A stretch of 22,653 nt of DNA from Nitrosopumilus sp. (GCA_021268355.1 JAJETY010000003.1:36782-59434), one strand, 5' to 3'; shown: positions 1 through 6,029, counted from the stretch's first letter. Notes: generated by a model from the sequence alone, not told the origin. A program made the numbers and translations.

Positions 1-76
1 GCTATGACTAATGTTTTAGAAAATTCTGGTAAAAAATAATCGCTACATCTAAGTATTTCTTGAAAGAAATTCTTTC

Positions 77-397
77 ATGGTTCGTGTGTTTTACACTCAG
101 AAAACAGAAGATCTGATAGAAAAGATGACTCTTACAAATTGGCGTCAACATGTTCAAGAAGAACTAGGGCAACAACATCAGGATATGTCGGATAATTGGA
201 AAATGTGTGCGATTGGAGAGAGAATAAAGATTGAAGGTAAAGATCTTGAATCAATTAAAGATCTTTCACCTGAAGCGATCAGATTAGGATATGAATTTTC
301 AGTAGCAATGCAAGAAAAAGATAATGAAAAAGCACTAGAAATTATTACAAAAATTGAATTACTTCCAACGATTTGGAGGGATGAAGTAAATGGATGA
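77..397 (+). CDS. hypothetical protein (106 aa)
   Basis: Intact ORF with ordinary amino-acid composition. Its 3' end overlaps the next ORF by 8 nt (390-397), suggesting co-transcription. No family recognised. Confidence 0.55.
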   Translation: MVRVFYTQKTEDLIEKMTLTNWRQHVQEELGQQHQDMSDNWKMCAIGERIKIEGKDLESIKDLSPEAIRLGYEFSVAMQEKDNEKALEIITKIELLPTIWRDEVNG

Positions 398-794
398 AAA
401 AGCTAAAAAATTATTTTCTGAAAAAAATCTTGTTTTCATTGCTACTATAATGAAGGATGGCTCTCCACAAGTCTCACCTGTATGGGCAAATTATGAAGAT
501 GGTTATGTCTTAGTTAATACTGCTGAGGGTCGAATCAAACACAAAAACATTTTACATGATCCTCGAGTTGCAGTATCTGTTGTTTCGAAAGATAATCCTC
601 TTGACATGACAACTATTCGCGGTGTTGTTGAAGAATTAATTCCAGATTATGATTACAAACATGCCGATAAATTAACACAGCAATACATGGGACGTGACAG
701 TTATCCATTCAAACGTGATGGTGAAAAAAGAATTATTCTTAAAATAAAACCTAACAAAGTTTTTGTTTTACCTGAATTGAAAATGTCAGAGTGA
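390..794 (+). CDS. pyridoxamine 5'-phosphate oxidase (PPOX)-family flavin/F420-binding protein
   Basis: 134 aa. N-terminal pattern LVFIATIMKDGSPQVSPVW...DGYVLVNT...K.KNI..DPRVAVSV is typical of the split-barrel PPOX-like family. Family call is from memory of the fold signature. Confidence 0.7.
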   Translation: MDEKAKKLFSEKNLVFIATIMKDGSPQVSPVWANYEDGYVLVNTAEGRIKHKNILHDPRVAVSVVSKDNPLDMTTIRGVVEELIPDYDYKHADKLTQQYMGRDSYPFKRDGEKRIILKIKPNKVFVLPELKMSE

Positions 795-803
795 AAATTT
801 AGA

Positions 804-831
804 ATGTTTCTAAATTCGAATTTAGAAACAT
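804..831. repeat. 28-bp perfect palindrome ATGTTTCTAAATTCGAATTTAGAAACAT (copy 1 of palindrome family)
   Basis: Read directly and identical to its reverse complement. Lies in the 77-bp spacer between two convergent stop codons (794 plus strand, 872 minus strand). Confidence 0.95.
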
Positions 832-871
832 AGTTAATTTAGGATTACAGAAAAAAGTTTGCCTAGACAGC

Positions 872-1249
872 TTAACGTCGACGTTTAGTAGCTGCCTTTC
901 TCTTTGGAGCTGCCTTTCTTTTTGGAGCGGCTTTTCTCTTTGGAGCGGCTTTTTTTGCTGCAGTTTTTCTCTTTGGAGCTGCCTTTCTTTTTGGAGCGGC
1001 TTTTCTCTTTGGAGCTGCTTTTTTTGCTGCAGTTTTTCTCTTTGGAGCGGCACTACGTTTTGCGGCGGTTCTCCTTTTTGGAGCTGCTTTTTTTGCTGCA
1101 TTTCTTTTACGTGCTGCCTTTCTCTTACGAGATGCTGCTGCTGCTGCTGCCTCTGCTGCTTTTTTTGCTGCATTTCTTTTTCTTGTTTTTGCTGCTTTTT
1201 TAGCTGCTTCGGCTCTTTTGGCTCTTGACATTGCCATGATTTTTTTCAA
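872..1249 (-). CDS. polycationic Ala/Lys/Pro/Arg repeat protein, histone H1-like / low-complexity nucleic-acid-binding candidate (true start may be Met5 or Met7)
   Basis: 125 aa made almost entirely of A, K, R, P and T, with reiterated AAPKRK / TAAKKAAPKRK units and no hydrophobic core. An AT-rich TATA-like stretch lies upstream (1250-1300). The frame choice over the overlapping Q/K/E ORF (799-1173) is a judgement. Confidence 0.6.
   Translation of the reverse strand: MKKIMAMSRAKRAEAAKKAAKTRKRNAAKKAAEAAAAAASRKRKAARKRNAAKKAAPKRRTAAKRSAAPKRKTAAKKAAPKRKAAPKRKAAPKRKTAAKKAAPKRKAAPKRKAAPKRKAATKRRR
902..1039. repeat. 69-bp tandem duplication (2 full copies, 902-970 and 971-1039, plus a diverged partial third from 1040), built from 18-bp AAPKRK-coding sub-repeats
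   Basis: Base-by-base comparison finds a single mismatch between the copies (G947 vs T1016). The period of 69 bp equals 23 codons, so the repeat is in frame. Confidence 0.9.
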
Positions 1250-1339
1250 AAATAATGTGTGTTATATGGTAAAAGTCACACAAAATTGTTTAAACTATAG
1301 TAAAATTTGACAATTATTTTTGATTTAATGTAATAGCGA

Positions 1340-1891
1340 TCAACAATTTGTTATGCAAACTACAGCTGTATCTACTGTTGATTGTTCTTTTTGAGGTCTA
1401 ATGATTATTTTGTAACTTTTTTCTTCATCAAATGGAATATCAAACTGTGTTGTTTTTTCAACTATTTTGTTTGGTTCCAACCATTCTAAAAGCAGATCTT
1501 TTGATGAAAATTCCCCATAAACTGCCTCATGTTTTTGCTCTTTTTCATCTACCATGTAGAATTGCCCTCCTGAAAGTAGGGTTTTCTCCTCATTTCCTAT
1601 GTATTTTGCAGTTATTCCGACCATGACAAAGGTATTTTCAGGTTTAGTATCCTTGTCACCTTCATGTGTTCCTTCAAATGTGATGGTGTACTCTACAGGT
1701 CCTACTGTGACTATTTCCCCTGCATTTGATTCGATGAAATTAGTCTGATATTGTGTATACATATACATCGCCGCTGCCATAGATGCGATTATTACTCCAA
1801 TTACTATGACTGCGCCTAGTCCTGCCACAAAAACATCACAGGTTTTTGGTATATAGTTGCATAGTTTAAGAACATCTTGACAAAATTTCAA
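1340..1891 (-). CDS. membrane-anchored extracytoplasmic protein, DUF4352-like beta-sandwich candidate
   Basis: 183 aa. One N-terminal TM helix (VFVAGLGAVIVIGVIIASMAAAMYMY) is followed by a soluble domain with a V.Y.ITF....FV.V...Y.G.....L......Y pattern resembling DUF4352. The family call is tentative. Confidence 0.65.
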   Translation of the reverse strand: MKFCQDVLKLCNYIPKTCDVFVAGLGAVIVIGVIIASMAAAMYMYTQYQTNFIESNAGEIVTVGPVEYTITFEGTHEGDKDTKPENTFVMVGITAKYIGNEEKTLLSGGQFYMVDEKEQKHEAVYGEFSSKDLLLEWLEPNKIVEKTTQFDIPFDEEKSYKIIIRPQKEQSTVDTAVVCITNC

Positions 1892-2060
1892 AAATCAGAA
1901 AAATGAAAACAATCTCTAAACCAAATATGTGAAAATCTGTCTAACCATTTACCCTGATTTTTCTCTAATTTTCAACTGTGGTGTTGGTCTTTTTTGGGAA
2001 TTTTTATCTGCTTTTTTGTTGATTTTTTTCAAAATTCTTGATGATTTTTGAGCAAAATAT

Positions 2061-2251
2061 GGGGGTTTAACTTTTAGGCACAAATCAAAAAGATCCTACA
2101 TGTTTAGCTGGGACATCTTGGTGGTTTGATGGTTGCATTTCCTATCTAGGCACAAGTGTTAAACCCCCCCTCAAAACGCCTAATTTTGAAAAATTCACAT
2201 TGTGCCTAATTATGGTAAAATTAGAGGGGGGTTTAACGCCTAGGCATAATC
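2061..2251. repeat. cluster of G-tract/TTTAAC motifs in both orientations, interleaved with TAGGCAC / GCCTAATT modules
   Basis: GGGGGTTTAAC at 2061-2071 (+). GTTAAACCCCCCC at 2158-2170 (inverted). GAGGGGGGTTTAAC at 2224-2237 (+). Partial GAGGGGGGTTTTT at 2351-2363. TTAGGCACAA at 2074-2083, CTAGGCACAA at 2146-2155, GCCTAATT at 2178-2185 and 2204-2211, and the palindrome GCCTAGGC at 2238-2245. Confidence 0.85.
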
Positions 2252-2429
2252 AAGATAATTTCATTATTTTCAGATTTTTTGAGTTGACTACCCAATTCAC
2301 ATTGAAATTGGAGAAAAACCTTACATGAAAATACAACAAACCTGCCAAAAGAGGGGGGTTTTTGTACTAAAACCACTTGAAAATATGATTCTAAAATGAA
2401 AATATATCTTGAATTTCTAAAAATATTCT

Positions 2430-2452
2430 AAAAGGGGTGCATGACCCCTTTT
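2430..2452 (-). terminator. GC-stem hairpin flanked by A/T runs (AAAAGGGG-TGCATGA-CCCCTTTT), terminator-like
   Basis: 8-bp stem with a 7-nt loop, followed on the minus strand by a T-rich tract. It lies about 20-40 nt downstream of the stop of the small ORF at 2471-2623. Confidence 0.4.
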
Positions 2453-2470
2453 CTAAAATAAGATTGAACT

Positions 2471-2623
2471 TTACTGTTTTTCTAATCTTATTGTGATTTT
2501 TCCTTTTTTTGCAGTGTTCACTACTTTGAGGGCTCTGCTCATCACCCCCATTCCAAATCTTGACAATTCTTTTGTAGAAATTGTAATTTCTCTTGGTTTT
2601 GATTTTGATGTTTTTGTTTTCAT
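2471..2623 (-). CDS. unannotated small basic protein, 50 aa (MKTKTSKSKPREITISTKELSRFGMGVMSRALKVVNTAKKGKITIRLEKQ)
   Basis: Hand-translated and below the 60-aa cutoff of the ORF track. ATG at 2623, TAA at 2473-2471. A TATA-like TTATATCA lies 21-28 nt upstream and a hairpin lies downstream. No family recognised. Confidence 0.45.
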   Translation of the reverse strand: MKTKTSKSKPREITISTKELSRFGMGVMSRALKVVNTAKKGKITIRLEKQ

Positions 2624-2643
2624 AATTAGAATAAGGTAATTTT

Positions 2644-2651
2644 TGATATAA
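2644..2651 (-). promoter_or_regulatory. TATA-box-like element TTATATCA (minus strand) preceded by a GC-rich CGCGCGCC
   Basis: The distance to the ATG at 2623 fits a leaderless or very short-leader archaeal promoter. Confidence 0.35.
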
Positions 2652-2682
2652 GGCGCGCGTATAACTGATAAATCGTCTATTT

Positions 2683-3132
2683 CTAAAAAGTCTTCATCAA
2701 AAATCTTGCAGTTTTTTCATGCATTTCTGAGACTCTATCTATTGCATCAAACATACCTTGCTGATTGATATTTTCCTCCTTATCTAAGACAACATATACG
2801 CCAATCTTTCGTTTTCCATCTTCAGTTGTGTTTTTGTTTATTGCCTGAATTGAATAACAATAATCTGACACCTTCTTCTCGAATTTCTCCTTCTCTGCTT
2901 CACTAAATCCCAAATATCTTGCGATTTGGTTATTTTTCATATTTATTTTGGAACCGATTACCAAAATCCCTTGCTGACCTCTGGGTTCGAAAATTTCTAC
3001 AGGGACGCCTGCTGGACCTGCATGCTTTACAAGAATCTCAAAGATGTTTTCTGGATTTTTTACCTCCTCAAACTTTAATCCTTCATGAATTAACCATCTT
3101 TCCACATTATCTCGCATTCTTGAAGCACTCAT
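2683..3132 (-). CDS. conserved archaeal hypothetical protein, possibly DUF2299 / YbjN-like fold
   Basis: 149-aa intact ORF with globular composition. The family assignment is a weak recollection only. Confidence 0.7.
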   Translation of the reverse strand: MSASRMRDNVERWLIHEGLKFEEVKNPENIFEILVKHAGPAGVPVEIFEPRGQQGILVIGSKINMKNNQIARYLGFSEAEKEKFEKKVSDYCYSIQAINKNTTEDGKRKIGVYVVLDKEENINQQGMFDAIDRVSEMHEKTARFLMKTF

Positions 3133-3194
3133 TACCCATCTTTGAAATTGCTTCTATATGATTCTAAATCAAGTATTTGACACACTAAATATCT

Positions 3195-3224
3195 AATATT
3201 TCTAAATTCGAATTTAGAAATATT
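3195..3224. repeat. 30-bp perfect palindrome AATATTTCTAAATTCGAATTTAGAAATATT (copy 2)
   Basis: Read directly. Lies 33 nt downstream of the stop at 3257 and 63 nt upstream of the start at 3132, both on the minus strand. Confidence 0.95.
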
Positions 3225-3256
3225 GTAAATCTGAACCGTCAAACAAAAACTGTTTA

Positions 3257-3484
3257 CTAAAGATTAACTCTGAAACCAGGACCCAATTCAGGAACAAGAG
3301 ATGCTATTAATGCATTAAAAACTAAACCTGCAATCATCATGGCAATTCCCACATACAAACAATTTTTTGCCTTTTTACGATCATCTTTTCTTAAAATAAA
3401 ATATGCTATCACGCCACCGATAAAACCTAAAAAAATTGGCATCAAAAACCATAAGTTGCTTCTATGTCTTTCAGGAAATGTCAT
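3257..3484 (-). CDS. small two-TM membrane protein (75 aa)
   Basis: Two hydrophobic helices (WFLMPIFLGFIGGVIAYFIL and LYVGIAMMIAGLVFNALIASLV) separated by a basic loop, RKDDRKKAKN. Confidence 0.7.
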   Translation of the reverse strand: MTFPERHRSNLWFLMPIFLGFIGGVIAYFILRKDDRKKAKNCLYVGIAMMIAGLVFNALIASLVPELGPGFRVNL

Positions 3485-3494
3485 TTTCTAAAAA

Positions 3495-3743
3495 TTATTT
3501 TGCGGTAGCTGCTTTTTTCTGTAACTGTGTGATCTCAATTTCAACAGTTTCTAAGGGATCATCGACTTGGTTTCTTTTGATTGAGAACATTTTGGGTTTC
3601 TCAAAGTCTTCTGTACAATCTGGACATGCATATACTAGAACTCTATGCTCATTAGGTGCTTTTGGGTTTGATAATCTAGGGTAATACACTAGTCTAGCAC
3701 CACAATCAACACAATATCTGTTGGCCCTTCTAGTTCTGACCAA
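3495..3743 (-). CDS. zinc-ribbon protein (82 aa), apparent TTG start
   Basis: CVDC...CPDC gives two CxxC pairs. GGAGG lies 7-8 nt upstream of the TTG at 3743 on the minus strand (AGGAGGTTTACATTG), supporting this start. Confidence 0.7.
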   Translation of the reverse strand: MVRTRRANRYCVDCGARLVYYPRLSNPKAPNEHRVLVYACPDCTEDFEKPKMFSIKRNQVDDPLETVEIEITQLQKKAATAK

Positions 3744-3834
3744 TGTAAACCTCCTGCATTATTCTTAATATGAGATCGCATATTAGATCTATGTTGTCTA
3801 ATAGTGTAAACCAATTACTGTCAACCGATCAATG

Positions 3835-3856
3835 TTTCTAAATTCGAATTTAGAAA
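3835..3856. repeat. 22-bp perfect palindrome TTTCTAAATTCGAATTTAGAAA (copy 3)
   Basis: Read directly. The left flank (ATG) matches copy 1 and the right flank (TATT) matches copy 2. Confidence 0.95.
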
Positions 3857-3904
3857 TATTCTTTTTCTATTCTTTGATTGTTCTCATAGTTTTGAAATAA
3901 AATG

Positions 3905-3926
3905 TTTCAAAACTCGAGTTTAGAAA
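3905..3926. repeat. diverged palindrome copy 4, TTTCAAAACTCGAGTTTAGAAA
   Basis: Same length and arms as the core. The centre TTCGAA is changed symmetrically to CTCGAG, and there is one further unpaired change (T to A at arm position 5). It starts 5 nt beyond the 3' end of tRNA-Asn. Confidence 0.85.
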
Positions 3927-3930
3927 TAAG

Positions 3931-4007
3931 TGGCGCCGCCCATCAGACTTGAACTGACGACCGTCCGATTAACAGTCGGATGCTCTACCACGCTGAGCTA
4001 GGGCGGC
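3931..4007 (-). tRNA. tRNA-Asn (anticodon GUU), 77 nt with genomically encoded 3' CCA
   Basis: The reverse complement folds by hand into a cloverleaf: acceptor GCCGCCC/GGGCGGC, D arm GCTC..GAGC, anticodon stem TCCGA/TCGGA with loop CTGTTAA, T arm GTCAG-TTCAAGT-CTGAT, discriminator G, then CCA. Confidence 0.9.
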
Positions 4008-4079
4008 AACATGTTTGTACCTTGATAAAAGTGATTTAATCCTTGCGACTATTCAATTTGAAGCAAATTTGTGAGTTCT

Positions 4080-4367
4080 TTAGTTAAATTTGGCAAAAAA
4101 CTCTTTGATTTCCTTTGAATGACTCTCAACTAATTCAATTATTTCCAAGTGTTCGTCTGCTGTTGGTTCTCTTTGATGAACTACTTGAAATGCACTAAGT
4201 GCAGATCCTACCATTTCTCCCACAAAAAATCCACATAAGAAATCCCCGATTCTTTCACATTCCCAAATCTCTCCAACTCTGGGAGATGCACCTGATTTTT
4301 TGTATAATTCTAAAGTCTGTTGGATTAAGTCAGTTGTTTGTTTAGAAAATTCTGGATCTAGAGTCAT
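4080..4367 (-). CDS. acidic hypothetical protein (95 aa), last gene of the ribosomal operon
   Basis: Intact ORF starting 15 nt after the L6 stop on the same strand. Its composition is unlike any ribosomal protein (acidic, with a hydrophobic central segment). Confidence 0.6.
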   Translation of the reverse strand: MTLDPEFSKQTTDLIQQTLELYKKSGASPRVGEIWECERIGDFLCGFFVGEMVGSALSAFQVVHQREPTADEHLEIIELVESHSKEIKEFFAKFN

Positions 4368-4382
4368 TAGAAAAAATGTAAT

Positions 4383-4940
4383 CTACTTTTCGATACCTTT
4401 TTTCTTCTCATAGACGTAAATACCATCTAAGAAAACTCTGTGATCCTTGTTCTTTACTTTAGTTTTTAATTCAATATTGGCTGCAGTCTGTGTAATGTCT
4501 GTCCAAACTTCTCCTGTGAGAATTACATCTTCACCTTTTGGAATCACCTTTGTGTTTCCCATGATGTGTGTGGTTCTGGGTGCTCTTTCACCTTGGTAAT
4601 TTTCAATTAGAACTTTCTTCCCTTCAACTTTCACAGTAATTGGAAAGTGTGCAAATACTACTTTCATTTTAATTGTATATCCTTCAATTAATCCCTCACA
4701 GATATTTCTGATAATTGATCTTGCTGTGTGTAGGATTGCATAATCTCTTTTTCTGTCTCCGATTGCTTTGAGATTTATTTTATCACCTTCAATTTGGATA
4801 TTTACTGGGATATTTTTAAAATTCTTATGAGTTTTACCTAATGGACCTTCGAATGTTAACATGTGTTTGTTTTGTATTACTTTAACCCCTTCTGGAATTG
4901 ATACTTGATCCTGTAATTTTTCGAGTTGACTAGTAGACAT
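4383..4940 (-). CDS. rpl6: 50S ribosomal protein L6 (uL6)
   Basis: 185 aa. Has FAHFP, NYQGERAPR and DHRVFLDGIYV motifs and sits in the expected operon position after S8. Confidence 0.95.
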   Translation of the reverse strand: MSTSQLEKLQDQVSIPEGVKVIQNKHMLTFEGPLGKTHKNFKNIPVNIQIEGDKINLKAIGDRKRDYAILHTARSIIRNICEGLIEGYTIKMKVVFAHFPITVKVEGKKVLIENYQGERAPRTTHIMGNTKVIPKGEDVILTGEVWTDITQTAANIELKTKVKNKDHRVFLDGIYVYEKKKGIEK

Positions 4941-5322
4941 ATCCTATCAAAAATCCTCCAATTCCTTTTTGTGATGCTTCATGATGAGACATTACACCTT
5001 GATTAGTTGTAACTAAGAGCATTCCTCTATCATATGCTGGCAAATACTGTTGCTCCCAATTGTTAAATTCATCATTTTTTACTTTGAATCTTGGTGAAAT
5101 TGCACCACATTTTGTAATTTTTGCTAATAACTTAATCTTGAATTTTCCTCCTCTTTTATCATCGATGTGTTCAAACTCTCCAATGTATCCATCTTTTTGA
5201 AGTGTTTTAAGAACTTCAATTCCTAATTTTGAAGTTGGAAGAATTGTACATTCTGATTTTCTTCTAGTTTCATTATTGTATAATGTGACGAATAGATTTG
5301 CTAAAATGTTAGTTGCTGGCAT
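4930..5322 (-). CDS. rps8: 30S ribosomal protein S8 (uS8)
   Basis: 130 aa. L.N....I.NNE N-terminus and C-terminal GGFLIGYVY, in the expected operon position. Confidence 0.95.
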   Translation of the reverse strand: MPATNILANLFVTLYNNETRRKSECTILPTSKLGIEVLKTLQKDGYIGEFEHIDDKRGGKFKIKLLAKITKCGAISPRFKVKNDEFNNWEQQYLPAYDRGMLLVTTNQGVMSHHEASQKGIGGFLIGYVY

Positions 5323-5328
5323 ATCTTC

Positions 5329-5508
5329 TCATCTATTCTTCCTAAATCCTAGAGATGTCGCTACTTCTCTGAAGCATCTTCTGCATATCATTAAATCGTA
5401 TTTTTGAATAACTGCTGTATAATCTCCACATCTCTTACACCATCTTGAACCTCTTCCAAAGTCATGCTTTTTTCTACCTGTAAATTCGTAAGATCTATCT
5501 TTTGCCAT
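5329..5508 (-). CDS. rps14: 30S ribosomal protein S14 (uS14, zinc-binding type), 59 aa, absent from the ORF track
   Basis: Hand translation gives MAKDRSYEFTGRKKHDFGRGSRWCKRCGDYTAVIQKYDLMICRRCFREVATSLGFRKNR, with CxxC...CxxC. The ATG overlaps the L5 stop (TAATG). It sits in the expected slot between L5 and S8. Confidence 0.92.
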   Translation of the reverse strand: MAKDRSYEFTGRKKHDFGRGSRWCKRCGDYTAVIQKYDLMICRRCFREVATSLGFRKNR

Positions 5509-6029
5509 TATGCTACCGTCACTCCAAACTCTTTTGCTAGATAATCCTTTGCTTCTTGACTGGTAATTATGTGAGATTTTCCTACACTTGCTTTATGTTT
5601 ACTTCTATTTCTAATTCCGTAACCTGGTCTTGTCAATGTAACTGATATTCCGAGACCTAGAATTCCAATAGATGGTTCATATTTTACACCTGGGATGTCT
5701 ATGTGTTCTTTAATTCCAAATGAGTAATTTCCAAAATTATCAAAAGATCTTCCATTTACCGTGTTTCCTTTTGCTTCAAACAATCTTTTCAATAATGATT
5801 TTGCATCTTCACCACGTATTGTGACTGCAACGCCGATTGGTTCTCCTTTTCTTACTCCCCAATCTCTTTGTGTTTCTTTTGCATTACGTGCTGATGGTTT
5901 TTTACCTGAAATTTGTTCTAATGCTCTACTTGCAATTTCAATTACATCTCCTGATTTACCGACTCCCATATTGAGGACTACTTTCTCTAAAGAGATTCTT
6001 TTCATTGGAGATTCTGTTGTTTGAGACAT
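5508..6029 (-). CDS. rpl5: 50S ribosomal protein L5 (uL5)
   Basis: 173 aa with an L5 signature (ISLEKVVLNMGVG ...). Confidence 0.95.
   Translation of the reverse strand: MSQTTESPMKRISLEKVVLNMGVGKSGDVIEIASRALEQISGKKPSARNAKETQRDWGVRKGEPIGVAVTIRGEDAKSLLKRLFEAKGNTVNGRSFDNFGNYSFGIKEHIDIPGVKYEPSIGILGLGISVTLTRPGYGIRNRSKHKASVGKSHIITSQEAKDYLAKEFGVTVA

Noticed and set aside
1-39. Short open frame ending at TAA (37-39), possibly the 3' end of an upstream gene
   Set aside because: Only 12 codons are visible, with no way to tell them from non-coding sequence.
799-1203. Long ORFs 799-1173 (minus strand, Q/K/E/L-rich) and 904-1203 (plus strand, L/F-rich) overlapping the Ala/Lys repeat gene
   Set aside because: Both are by-products of the in-frame 18/69-bp tandem repeats, which keep all frames open. 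The plus-strand product is Leu/Phe low-complexity. The minus-strand Q/K/E frame begins inside the other ORF and runs through the palindrome region. Only the A/K/P/R frame has an upstream promoter-like context. The frame choice is still not proven.
2039-2044. TGATGA (C-box-like) in the non-coding gap, and similar fragments in other spacers, considered as C/D-box sRNA genes
   Set aside because: No correctly spaced CTGA D box, terminal stem or second C'/D' pair could be found around any of them.
2061-2363. Possible CRISPR array, suggested by repeated G-rich motifs
   Set aside because: The repeats are only 11-14 nt, occur in both orientations and have irregular spacing (about 87, 54 and 114 nt). 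No cas genes are present.
1892-2470. Chromosomal replication origin (ORB-like G-string repeats plus an AT-rich tract)
   Set aside because: Kept only as a minor alternative under the corresponding finding. There is no orc1/cdc6 gene adjacent, the flanking genes converge rather than diverge, and the repeats lack the longer ORB dyad that I remember from characterised origins.
3766-3785. Inverted repeat TAATATG-N6-CATATTA upstream of the zinc-ribbon gene
   Set aside because: It is short and AT-only, and it coincides with the expected TATA region 23-42 nt upstream of the start. It is most simply a promoter element, with insufficient evidence for an operator.
3744-3812. Two direct copies of TGTAAACC (3744-3751, 3805-3812), identical to a BirA-type half-site
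   Set aside because: They are in direct rather than inverted orientation, 61 nt apart, with no biotin gene nearby. The first copy is explained by the GGAGG Shine-Dalgarno context of the zinc-ribbon gene's start. Chance recurrence of an 8-mer in AT-rich DNA is plausible.
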